DNA of 64,000 bases from Catajapyx aquilonaris (lineage: Eukaryota): positions 1 to 64,000 of the forward strand of contig KZ538172.1 of the NCBI GenBank assembly GCA_000934665.2, read 5' to 3'. Position numbers and translations under genes: made by a program. The notes under the pieces were generated by a model. That model was not told the origin of the DNA. It ran no database searches and saw only the letters and a list, made by a program, of their open reading frames with translations. This document shows positions 13,101-26,400 of this stretch, one piece after another (within the stretch, counting starts at the first letter, position 1; each line of letters starts with the position of its first letter).

Positions 13101-16100
13101 TCTGCAAGCATGCGCATGCTCAGAAGACACTGCTGGTGTGACGTCAGATCGTTCTTTCGCTTACAGGACTGTACAGTGTACCTCCTGCTCTGCCGTTCCT
13201 CTCAGCACACTTTTCTCAATAATTAGGAGTAAACAGCCGTCCTACAGGGTTCCAATCTACTGATCGATCTGGTCATAATAAAGATTTCATTTCATGGACA
13301 TGCCGACAGCACTTCTGATGATAGGATGCCCAGAAGTCAACCTGGTATCAATTTATAAGCCACTTGATCTGATTAGTAATTTGAGAGAGCAACTACCCAT
13401 GAACTTCTATATTAATTTTGTAAAACGTGATTGAGACAGGTTTTTGGCCAAATCGATAGGGCATGACCGTTTGCAAATGTTCATCACGTAATATTATCAA
13501 ATTAGTCCAGTCAGTCGAATGGAAGCCTGAAATCACATCGTTTGATCTGGTTATGAAACGGTTATGAAATACATGGCTATAGTTGCAAATACAGCTGAAA
13601 ATCTAGGTCCTTCCGCTTCCAGTAGCATCTATCCAGTTGACAAGGAGAGACAAATCTAGGATTTTCCTGGCCAAATCCTTAACCGCAACTTTTGGGAACA
13701 GCAAAAAAAAAAAGTGGTTCCAAACAGGATGATGGATGATCGGGAGGTCGCAGGAGAGGATGGGAAGCAATAAACGCATTTATGCATTTCGAGGCTGGGA
13801 TTGGTGTATAACTTGTGCGATGGAGCGAGGGGAGATGTCGGGAGGGAAAAACATACAAATAATGGACGAGATTCGCCGACTCACCTCATAATAATGCAGA
13901 GGAACATTGTGAGTAACCACTTCGGATATGACATAGGCGATGCAGATGACGACCACCAGTTTGGCATACAAGGCGCTCGTTATGATAAATAGGGATGTCC
14001 TAAGGGAAGAAAAAGGAAGATTAATGGTATCCCTTCTTTTCTGAATTTTTGTTCTGTGTTTTTTTTAAAGGGTGTAAAAAAGTTAGACGAGATGCGAGCT
14101 GATCAGTCCCAAAATTGTAATCTTGAACCTTGCCCATGATGGATATATGGTCATTTCTCATTGGAGCACAACAATGTGGTTTTCATTTGTCGCGATAGGC
14201 CTGCAATGGATCTGGCTATAAATCCCGGGGCACGCCAACCATATTGAACCTAGCTCCTGCATCCAATGCAGGTGCTGGAAACAACCAAAGTCTGCAGTTT
14301 ATTGGCTTTTCACATTTTCCCCTCCCTATTTTCATCATGAACCATTATTCTGACTAACATCCTCGTTAATATGTAGCAACCATAAGCACATCCTCAGAAA
14401 AAAAAAATTATTGTCATATTTTGTCAACTGCTCAGTTCTGCATACCTCATGGTGCTTTCCATATAATTCTATGGTAAAACGGTGTCGATTTGCCAACAAA
14501 AAGTTTCTCTCATGTATATCCACAGGATCGACATAATGTGATCTACAAAGTGGCTTATGAGTAGAGGAATGAAGTGTGGTGTCAGCAATAGTTGAGGTGT
14601 AGTCAGTAGGAAGGAGGGTAGGGTAGAGAGGGTATTTTGGAGAGAGGTGAGAGATGTGAAGCTGCGCTGAATCCGAGTCGGAGGTGGATGCCCTCCCAGA
14701 GGGTGCGGGGTATTGATCGTGTCTGCTTTTCGGGGGTATAGCCAGGGTTTGCTGCTCCCTGCTGGTCCAGGTCTGGATGCTGGGGATGCATAGTCTGTGC
14801 TTACCAGGAAGGATGCACTTGCCTACTAGACATTCCTTTTTCCGGCTGCCCCCCATATAGGTGACCTTTGAGATAGGGATATTTTGGCCGGAAATTGGAG
14901 AAATAGATATGTAGCAGCTAGAAGCTCATGTAACGTAATCAATAACAAGTTGGAAGTGGCGCAAGAATTTAAATACATATTAATTTTCCAGAGATTTTTT
15001 GTTCGGGTTCAAATCAAAATTTTACTAGTTTAATATGGGACTTGTATATTGAAATCTGTATGTTGATTAGGTATTGCTGATGGAGTAGTAGCTATGCAAA
15101 ATAAGCTGCTTCATTATTTCCTTTAAAATGCAGCGTACTGTATGAGAGGTCTATCAACTCCAAGCAGAGCATGAATACTGTAAGTTACTTTCAATTTCTG
15201 TCATTGTCATTAGGCAGTGGAGGGTAGCAAAATTATACCTTACGGAAAAAATTGCCCTGTGACGTTACAGCCAAAAAATGTGTTTATAACTCTCTAAATT
15301 TGAAGTCAGCGCGGTACTGTACAGGGCTATGCAAAATTTCGTCAAGTATATATCGTAATTATATTGGCATGACACAGTACTGTTGTGGCTTGCCTGGAAT
15401 GTTATATGGAAAGCCTCTCATCAATTCATGAGATTTTGGTTCGGATAGGGGCACATACTCGCACATACTGTACAGTATTATTCCACTCGAAAGCGAGCGA
15501 CATATCGACAGAACCCGCTGCAGAAGTGAGAGAATAACAATAAAGAATGTTCATCCCGGAATTTTTCGACGCACTGTAAGCATGAAAATTGCCTGCATTT
15601 TCCAACGCTTGAAACCAGAACTCCAGCACCACTTGTTCCATAACAGTACTCATCGAATTTGTAGTGCTCTATTATGGGTGTACCTGCCGGAATAATCCTA
15701 ATTTCACTTACATGGCAATCATCCTTACCGCGTTGAGCGTCAGGTCCATCCTATAATGCCACCACATTAAAATGTAAAAACAAACACGAAGGTAGGCGTT
15801 GCTGGCTTCCCCCAACTGTGGGCAGTAATTAGCCACCGGCAGCTCGGGGATCTAAACTACCTCACCTAACAGGCTCACACCGAAGAAAAGTGCTTGGTCC
15901 ACAGTAATTACTGCAGGTTGAAAGCATCCCTTTTGACAGACAAATACGATTGCGATGGTCGATATATAATGCTTTAACGATATTTTCCACTGTGGACTGG
16001 GAGTCCCCTAGGCGTTAGATGGAAAAACGAGTTAATACCAAGTGGCTAGTAGCAAAAAACGAGTCAATATTAGGTTCAGGGTGTGCTTGTTCAGGGGTGT

Positions 16101-17419
16101 CAACGTGCCGTTTCGGTTGCCAATGTAGGGTGTCAAAAAAAAATTCAATTTTCAATATTGGGTGGAGGTAGGCTATGAATCAAAAAAATGGGTAGGAAAT
16201 GATTCTTTTGTGAATAGGCCCTGGCCTAAAAAGGCGACAGTCAATTGATCGAGTACCGGGAGAGCGAATAAGGCATGAATCTGCGGCAACGCACCTTGAC
16301 AGCAGAATAGATGTGGAAATCGCCAGAGAGCATTTTGGCCATTCCGACAAACGCAACTATTCGTCTGTCTGAGCACTCATGCGTTACCATCACTTATCCA
16401 CCTTGTGCAGAAATAGAAAGAGTGGTTGGGCCAGTCCATCGACCTCTGGTCATTTAATACTGACAGGACAGAGTACCCAAAATACTCACTTCCTTGGAGG
16501 ATCTTTGTCCTCTTTGGCCTCCTTGTCTTTGGCTTTCTTCTTGTCATCCCCGTCTTTACCGCCTTTTTTGTCCAAAACGGTTATGGACACATGCTTCTTG
16601 TCGATTGGTAATGTTGCAGTGTCCTCGTTCGATTTTTCCTCCTTCTCAACCGTGGACACGTTCATTCCGTTCATGCCCATATTGGACTCCTTCTCCTTGT
16701 CCGCCTCCTTCTCCTTCTTCAAATCCGTCGTTTTTTCATCAGTAGGCAGTATGTTGGTGGGCAAGATGACAGGCGCAGATTGATCCTCGTTATCCGGTTT
16801 GCCACTTGTTATCTGTCGTGGAGTAGTGTCACACCTATGTCCACCTGCCGCCAACTGGCTCTAACCCACCCTGACTACCATGTCATGCATGCGATCAGGC
16901 TAGAGTCAGCCTATTTTTCAAATAAGGTTACCGCATTCAGTTGTCTCTGTTTGACGCCCATCATGTATACGGAGGACTGGCTCCAGTTATTTGAAAGTCG
17001 GCTACATGCTTTTGATTATAAGTGTCCTTCATTATACGCTCAAACCACATGTCCGCACCAGACGAAAAAGTCACGCGAACACGTATGAAGTTGAGTTGAT
17101 AGAAAAATGTTATGGCACGAATCGCAGACTAATTATATTTATCAAATACCCTTTTGAGGCACCGAAGCAGTGGTGGCGGAGGGGATATGGTATCCGACTG
17201 CTAATCGGGAGGTCCTGGGTTCGAATCCCGGTGCCGGCAACTCTAACCGTGGTTTTCTGCGGTTTCCCACCGTTCCTCCAGGAGAATTCCGGGGTTGTTT
17301 CCTAAGCTAATAGGCCACAGCCGCCTCCTTCCTTTCCTATCTTATCCCAAAAAGTGCAGTAAAAACAAAACGAAGAGTTCCACCCTAAAGAGCGCTGGCT
17401 GATAACGGGGTATGAATTA

Positions 17420-17471
<52 letters not shown>

Positions 17472-20400
17472 ACCCTTTGAGGCACATATGCGCGAAAACA
17501 TATTTATTGCAAAATCTGGAGTCGCCGCCTTTTGATGTCGCAGCCCTTTGTGCAGCAGCTGTTACACTCCTGTACAAAGAGTTATGGGTATTAATCCTCT
17601 TCCGCAGACTAGGCTTTTAATATTTTTTTCAAACAACCCCTTCCTAGATTCTATCATAAGAATACTTCAAGCAGCTTTACTAGTACTTGGGCTTAGTAAA
17701 GCGCTTATACCACTTCCCTACCCACCGTTCCATTATGCAAGCATCAGACTATTATTCTACCTATTTTCAGCCTAATTGTGATGTTTTTGTTGGTTACGAA
17801 TTTGAACGTAATCATCTCCTTAGGGAAGTTCTGAAGATTTAAGAATAAAGGAAGGCTTTTTGCATCTTCCCTGTTTTTTGAACTGGTCTGGTTGCTTTGA
17901 AAGCTTTGATGGAGGTACAGACCCGTTTCCTCCAGAGTGTCGTTTTATGTTGGTAGGATAGAATGGGGAGGAGGAAAAGAAGTTGTATAGGGGGGAGGGA
18001 GAAGACGTAGGAAGGAATGCTCAACCGCCTTGAAATGAGATTTTCAACTTCTTTAGGTCCTCTCTTCACGTACCGAGAAAAGCTCGCATCAAACGAAAAT
18101 CTTTGCCTACGAGACATTTCTGGTGATTTGGACCTAGCAACAGCTCTTTGCGCCAGTTTCCACATTTAATTATGGGGGGGTTTCCACATGCAAGGTTTAT
18201 ATGCTTTTTGCTTATTTACATATGTAGCCGACTCGGTACTAACTAGTCTGCTACTTTTATTGTTTTTACCTGCCCTTATTTTTCGCTCTATTGAGTTTTG
18301 TGGACAATCTCGCTTTCTCGGGAATTCATTGACCTCGGTAGCGCATGCAAATTTATATAACACTGCATTTTGGAACGATTCCCTGATTTTTTTTTGCCGG
18401 CGCTGGAAAAGAGATTTGTAGCCGATTCGTTGCAATCAATTTGCATTCGGATCTAATTTTCCGCGTGAAACTCCCAATAAAATTTGTTTCGCTCTGAACC
18501 CCCTCGACTGCCGCGAGATTTTGTTGAAAAGTAACCTTCATAAAGTACTAAATTACCACCAATATTTCTGCTTGCAAAAAAAAATAGCATGGAAACTGCC
18601 TACTTATCCTGACATGACCAAACCTTCGTCAAAATATATGCAAAGTCCGAATCGATTATCAAAATAAAAGATTGCTAATTTTATCCTACAAAATACAGTT
18701 TCCATGAATACAGTGTCGGAATTTCTGAGACCGGGTTTAAGCAAACAAGCGATTGATGTAATTTGCACTGGGTTTGGAAGGAGCGAACTTGCATTCTTTT
18801 AGCTCCAGGCCTAGACGGATGTTTATTTCTACTGAAACTGTTTGCACTCCGAAGGGTAGTCACACTGCCAGCCCATGAAATTCCGAGAGTATACTTTCCC
18901 CCCTTACCCCCTGGACTGGAAATGGATCCACTGGTTAAATCATTTAATGGATCATCCCTGTGGCTACTGCTGAGAACTCACTTTCTTCTACCTTCTGGGC
19001 ATCAATTCGATTCAATCCGTCTCGAATTTTCGTGCTTTGAAAGACTTTTCAGCCCACATTTTGATTGTCCCGCAAGTTTGCCATGGGCGTGGTCTAGCAA
19101 AGTACTCAACGCGGGAGTTACAAAATTTAGCGTGACATATATGTCACCGTTAGTCCAGAGTGTCGAACGGTACATTTGGGCTTGTCATATTGCATGGGAA
19201 TCTTGTGGTAGAAGAACAGCACAGCAGATTTTGACGCCTGTCTGAATATACGAAAGCTGTGTAACCCAAGCTCGTACATTTTTGACGGGTGGGCGGAATC
19301 GATGGCTGCAATGCATCCCATTGTTTCCTCTGGCAAACTCGGGGATAGGCCAACGCCTACCATGTTGAGCCGCTTAGGTAAGCTTCCGATATTCCCAGGG
19401 GTGACCAAAAGCACTCTGGCCACAGAAATCTGCTGGTTTAGCTAGTTGCTGCTTCATCAGCTCCTTGTCCTTCCTTGTCAAGTCTTGGACATGTTACGCC
19501 ACGACTACTTTCAACCCTATATGCGCCTATATGTCTTAGAGTCCGACGGCGGCCTTGTGCGCTTCAGATTTACCAACGGATTCAAATGAAAGGCGTATTA
19601 TTTGGCCAATGCCGTTCGTGGAAATGTCACATATTGGGAAAAATTTGTGTCACGATTTCCATGTTCTTTTAAAGGTTCGAGGTTGGTTCTGTCCAAAGAA
19701 TGTTGACGGTGGCATGCAACAGAAATCTCAGTATAGTCGAGGACATAGCGGTCATATACTGCCATAATATATGAATAAATCAGGTATCATGTGGTGAGCG
19801 ACGTCGGGTCGTTATTACACAGCGGTGGTCCCAAATTCCGGACATGTTGGCAAATATTAGGATAGTAAATAGGCCACAGCCGCTTCCTTCCGTCCCTATC
19901 CCATCCCCATATACGAGAAGTAAAAACGAAAGCAAGAGTTCCAGATAATAAAAAATGGTGGTATCCCACCCCCCCTAAGAGGGCCCATGGCCCTAGCACG
20001 GGGTACAAATTATTATTATTTTTAGGATAGTAATTAGAGTAGTCTGTGTGAGACATGACAGAGTTATCGTAGATTGGTTTCAGCATTTTATATTATTAAA
20101 ATATACTCCCGCTAAATACTAGCTTTATTCTTGTACAGTGTTGGACATAAATCGAGGCATACTGCTAGCGACATTTTCCGAAGCGGTAGAAGAATGAATC
20201 TTGCACTATCCTTATCTTAGATTCCTTCTTCTGCCGCTTCGGAAAATGTCGCTACCAGTATGCCTCGATATATGCCCAACACTGTACTATCCTTGTGTGG
20301 TCATGTCGCATGTCATTACATGTAAGTAGCATTAGACCTACGGTAGTATGAACACCCCTTTTGGGTGTGTACCTCCTGAGGGAATACACTGCACTTTTGC

Positions 20401-23400
20401 AAGTGTTGTTACGGAAATACGAGCGAGCAACTGACACTTAGACCACAATAGGTGGTGGAGCTTGATTAAATTGATTTCCAACTGAAATCCCAACGGTAAC
20501 ATATATCAATCGAAAGCTACTTAGCTGGATTCCTCTAAGGACAGTCATTACCTCAATAGCATGGTTTCAATTCCCGGAAAAATCAGTTCTAGACTATTAA
20601 TAATATATACAAGTTACTGCAGTAAAATGGGCTATCATATAGAGACAACTGAGAAGTAACCCTGAGGGAGAAGCTAAAATTACTGCCTCAAGGGATTTGC
20701 CCATATCGATTACTGTTATCCAGGAGTAACAATTTTTGATGTTTTCTTAGGAGAGCTAATACTTCAGGATTTAAAAGATTAGTTTTTGTAGCTCAAATGG
20801 AAAAGTGATACTCACGGTCACTAGGGTATCGTCCGAGTTCATGGTACATTCGTCATCATCCTTTTCCTATGATTACCGGATCGGAGGGCATGAAATAGCT
20901 ATTTTGTTGAAAAATGCACCTATACCTACCTCATATTATTTGGGATATACAGTACTGGCATAGTGCAATGGGAATTTCATAAGAACCTCATTTTTAAAGT
21001 AAACTAGATAATTTGTACTATAACTTGCTCTCATGAATATTGCAAATGGATGTTGATATACTGTTAATCGTTGTGAAGGCTTTTTTTAATTTTAATTGAC
21101 GCAGTCTGGCTGCTTCTAAATTTATTCATGAACTTCTAAAGAATGGTGGGGAGACCCCTTTGTACGTCAAGAAGCGAAGTGGATTAGGTTCCCATTAGAA
21201 ATTCTAGGTTCTTTTTTTTACTCTTCGCACAGACAACCTTTGACCTTGCCGATAAGGTTTACATCACCTTTTCACAATACAAAAAACGGGATTTGCATGG
21301 ATGAAATTGTCACCTCCCGATTCGTAGCAACAATACTTAGAATTTCTCTTTTGATACGTAAGCAATTTATTCGAAAATGACCATGAGAAAGCTAAGATTT
21401 TTTCCTGTCAGCAAAATAATCAGCACCTAAAATTTAAATCTTCATTATTTTTGCTTATCTGTAATAGTGAGATTCCATATACAGTACATAACCGGTACAT
21501 GGCCGTCCAAGATTTTTTTGAAAATTAGTGAAATATGAGCTATTATAATGCGTAACAAAATAGCTCTACTGAACCCTATCTTAGTCTGTGTCATTTGAAT
21601 GACAACCGTTGGAGCGATAACGATGACGGAAATTCCGTGGAATCACACGATACGGAACCAATTTGTGACCTGAAACCGGCGAACTCTACTAGCCTGTAAC
21701 TATGACAGCACAGTTCCGTTTAAAATCAGCAATAAAAAGGAATTACCCAAGTCCTCGTCATATTATTATTACGTATTCCCCATTAGAACCGACCAGTAAT
21801 ATCCACTGCCTGTTATGCAAATATTAGCTTTTAACTCGCCATTACCCATACCCTATGAACTACATGTCCGTTACAGTGGATGACCCTGACTATCCGGACT
21901 TACAGGTGATGTAAACTGCCAAACCGTGCGTGTGCGAAGATCATTGCACGTGCTGTCGGTGCAACACTACACAATCAGAAGAAAAGAAATATTTGAAACT
22001 ATGGTCACCATGGGAGATCACTAGACGTGTGTCTCCCTCGTCCGTCGGACACAAGGCGGACAGTCAGGCACGAACTTGTCCGGTGTCGGTTGGGATGGGA
22101 CAAGATGTAGCTTGTCTGCTGCCGCCTCCGCATGCAGGGGTGTTGTATGGGGTAGGTGGGGTAGGGTTCGTAGAGTGCAGCCATGGGCACGTGATCTTCC
22201 GCGCAGCCTCCCCATTGGACCACACCAGTACCAGCTATGCCCGGGTTTTGTAACGATTCGGGCGGGATGGGAGGTGAGGCTGGGGAGGGTACAGACTCCC
22301 GGAACTCTCGCTTTCTCTCCGGATCTTTGGCCTCTCTCGCCCCACCCACCTGCAAACCAGCATCCTTACCGAATTAATCAAACGCGCACCAAACAATATT
22401 CACCGTTCACTAGCTAACAACGGAGTAGGTCAGTTACCACCAAACGGGATCGAACTTCGGGTTGTACCAACTAGACGGGTTCACCAGAAAGAAAGGCTAA
22501 CCAGAAAAAAAGAAAGGCGACGTCCAGATCGTGTGTGCCAGAAAGTTTGGATAAAAAAATAGCAGTGCCGCTCTTTGCGTTCGCCGTGACATCAATTACT
22601 GGCAATGGTTTTCCAAATTCAAGGCTAGGTTGGGTGTAGCATCCTGGGTTTTTCACGCCTGCACTTTCATATTATTGAATACGTCAGGGGGGTAACATGT
22701 CCTTAAGGTGGTGCCGAGGTTCTACTTGGCAGGAGGTCGTTGAATGCTCGAAAATTATGGTGTGCGGTTGTGGTCAGTCTGTATACGCCATACGGGATCA
22801 GAAATATGTGGCCGGAAAAAAAAGTCTCAAAAGTCTTGGCTGGAAATTGTCACGAGAACGGTCAAATGGACCACCAAGATTGGCTTGCTTGCTGTTGGCC
22901 CTTACGGTTAAGTGGTCAAAGGGAGTCTCAACTAGTCTCAGTTAGAGTTTGCTAGGAAACTGGTAGAAAAGTCTGAAAAGTTGCCAGCAGGCTACAGTAT
23001 CAATCAATGTGTGACTTGACTCTCAAATGAAAATGGGATTTTTCAGTAACCATTCGTTGAAAACTGTACGCCTCAGTTGCTTACTTGCCCTACTTGTTAG
23101 TGCAAGTACAACTTATGCAAGGACCGAATAAAATAACTTGTTTGGATAAACTAAATACCTTAGCTCCCCTGTTCTCGCGTGCTTGTGCACTACAAGTGAA
23201 ACTGTTGCTACCATAAGCAGCTTCCGAAGTAGGCCATTGTAGTAACTTATATCCTACATAGTTGGCTACCCTTCACGCTTCTTATCCAAAGGGCCTTGCA
23301 CTCTCATTGCAAACGACCTTCAGTTTATCCTGAACAGTTAGCTAACCTGCGAGTCACTTTCAACCACAAAATGCCTATTTGTCAGGAGCAGTCTTTTCAT

Positions 23401-26400
23401 CTACATGTCTCTCTAGAGAAACCAAACTATGGCACACCTACCGGCGTATTAGCCAACTAATTTTGAAGCCATTGGCGGATCTATGAGCACTTTAGCTAAC
23501 AAGTTTGTTCTGAACATCCTTCCGGCGTGAGAGAGGCTGGCAACTGGACGCACTCTCCCTTTAATGCGATTTTGATTATGGCTTACACTGAAGCTTCAAA
23601 ATCGATAAATAGCTGTTTAACTCCCATTCTTGCTCAAAGCACGTTCTTCTCATTCGCATACATTGGACTTTTTATTTCCGGTGCAGATGAACTCACAACA
23701 TCGCTATCAATGATAAACTGGCTAAAACCACATTCTAAATGATGTAATTGCAACAACTATTGTCAACTTGAGCCACTCCACTTTAGAAATTGCAAGCAAT
23801 GGATAATTCATAGTCTTCACATATGATGCAGTTGTAAAGCCTTTCATTAATTACACTCGTGAGTGCAGCACTATTACCTACTTAATCATTCACACTCCTA
23901 GGGAGGTCCGTCGTCTCACGCAACTTGGGGAAGTCAAAGTGACATAACTGATGAGCCGATTATGAACACCCCCACCTAATTGAGTCAGAGCTTCTGTGTA
24001 CTTTTCTATCAGTTTTGCCACTTTGCAATTGCATTTCCCTATTGATTCTAGTCCCTAAAGTTTTGAGCGTTGAATGTGGTTTGGCTGGAATCCCATTCTC
24101 CTGAGCCCCGGAATCGAGTGGTGTCTGCAGCAAAAGCAAAGGCAGCAGGATCTGTCTGAATTGGAAGCATGGGAAAGGAGAGACCTGGCAAGGGAAGTTG
24201 GTGGCACCACCAGGCCACAAGTGGAATTCTGGTCCTCACCACTTGGTGCCAACTGTCAAGTTTTCTCCTCTGGGCATTGATTTCCGATCGATCCTTGCCT
24301 TTTTTTTCTCTTTCTCCACCCCTTTTTTTTCTAGAGATCTGTATTTTTAGGGATTTGCTCCGGATCCCATTTTCCATACATATATTTCTATAACACTGAA
24401 TTATTTATTGAAAAGATTGGCAAAATTTTGGCACTGATGTTCAGTTTGTTCATTTTGCATTGTTGGATAGTTATGATGACTACAATTTCTGCTTGTACGT
24501 GACTCTTAAATATTTCAAAATGCTGTTGCAGTATTTTAAACCGCATTGCGTGCCTATAGGGAACAATCTCGCTACTAAATATCTTTAAGGATGCAGTCAG
24601 TGTGCAGCACTGCACTGCCATAAAAACGAATGTTCTAGATATTGGAGCCTCTCTGCCCTTGAAACATTTAGTAACTGGTGTCTCATTACAGCACCGAATG
24701 GAAACCATCTAGGCACTTCCTCTCTATTTCTGCAATTCTCAGAATTTGCAGGATCTTGGAGGTATGATATGTAGGGCAGATATACGACACCGGTAATTAT
24801 GCCTCTTTTTTATCTGCAAACTCATCTGGGTGGTGTCAGCGACATGCACCTCGGTTCCGCTGCGATTGTCCAGGAAAAATGATTGGGAATCAAGTTTCTT
24901 TAGAATATACAGGGCGTAATTATCGAGCGTAATTAGATAGAGCACGTACACTAGTCCTTGTTGTCAATCAGTATGCAGCAACTCATTTTGGCTGGAGGTC
25001 ACCTGCCATCAGTGTCACATGCTCTATAGACGTAACGGTACAATGCATGGTACCAGCTATAGTTGGCCAAGTGGGCTAGTGCAAAATACCTGTTTTCGGC
25101 AAGGTGTAAATGATCTGTCAACCCCTGATCTAACGTCTAATTACATATAAGGGCCGTTTGCACATTAGGCTGTCACAAAAACGTTGCGGCAATCCTCTCT
25201 CAGAACCTAATTGAATATTAATCATGGCATTCCATTAGAATTAATCTCCATTTGGGAAAAGGTTGAACGTGGATGTTTTCGTTCTTGTGATTCAGTTCCC
25301 ATCGTATACGCCAAAATTGGTGTTTCTTCACGTATTTCACTTAGATACGTGTCATCCTATGGTGAGTGCAAAATGCAGTCCGCTTTTCATATGCAAAAGA
25401 ATGTTCTCAATGTCACTGTCAGTGTACACTGAATGCCTTGATGCAGACTGTACTATGGGGCTCAAATTGTTTTGGCCACTTTATCCTGGTCTTGAAGCAA
25501 CCATTCACACAGACACACTTGCTCACCGTGGGGCATGTGCGAAGGGTTGCTTCAAGACCAGGATAAAGTGGCCAAAGTATTTGAACCCGATAGTACATGC
25601 TCGAGTCGTACTATGTAAATATGTATTTACAAAGAAAACTAAACTTGCTAGTTTACTGTGGTACTGCCGAAGTTAAACTGTCAACATGCTATGTGTAATT
25701 TAGATGAGGCAGTGAATTGGCACTGCCTTTAACGCTCGGGCGAAGTATAATCAAATAGTTTGTCATGCGAAAAGTAAGAACACTTCACATCCGTCTTTGA
25801 TGTTCGCCATCTCTAGGAACGGTAGCAGTCTATTAATCTCTGGTTCAGTGATACATACATGAAATTCCACGCTGAACAAGCACACTGTGAATAAGGGGGG
25901 ATATTGCTCCAATTTTTATCGTGTTTCATTTTTAATATATTCCGGTGGTTTGTCGCTCCACGACAGATGTAATTGCCCATAACTGAAGAGTTTAGCACTG
26001 TGTCTTATGTACCATAAAACGTGCACTGCGCATTACAAACGGTGCCACTAGATCGAATAGTGTGAATGGCCCCTCTTTCAGGATGACCAGTTTTGTTTTG
26101 AATACACCAGACCCTGTCTACAGATGGAAGCCGGATTGGAGAGCTTCCGCTTGAGCACGCTCCTAAGCTTCGAAGGATGTGGGGGGGTAATTTCGGAGCG
26201 TAACCCCGAAGTCAATGACACCGTGAAAATCGACATTTTGGGGAAGTGCGAATATAGAGACTCGACTCTCTCGTATCCCCATCTCTCGGGATGCTGTGAA
26301 ACTCCCACATTGTCTGGCAACCCTGCCAGGCAGGGCGCGGCCATTTTCCTCCCTTTTGGCTAGTAGACAAATAGGCAAGCAGGGATCGGACGGCTATTGA

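Noticed and set aside
14335..14856. 173-aa minus-strand ORF and other 60-160 aa intronic ORFs
   Set aside because: No recognisable domains or compatible splice sites; consistent with chance or repeat debris
17163..17240. tRNA-like sequences here and at 41715 and 33780-33851
   Set aside because: They are SINE heads with bodies, tails and TSDs, not tRNA genes
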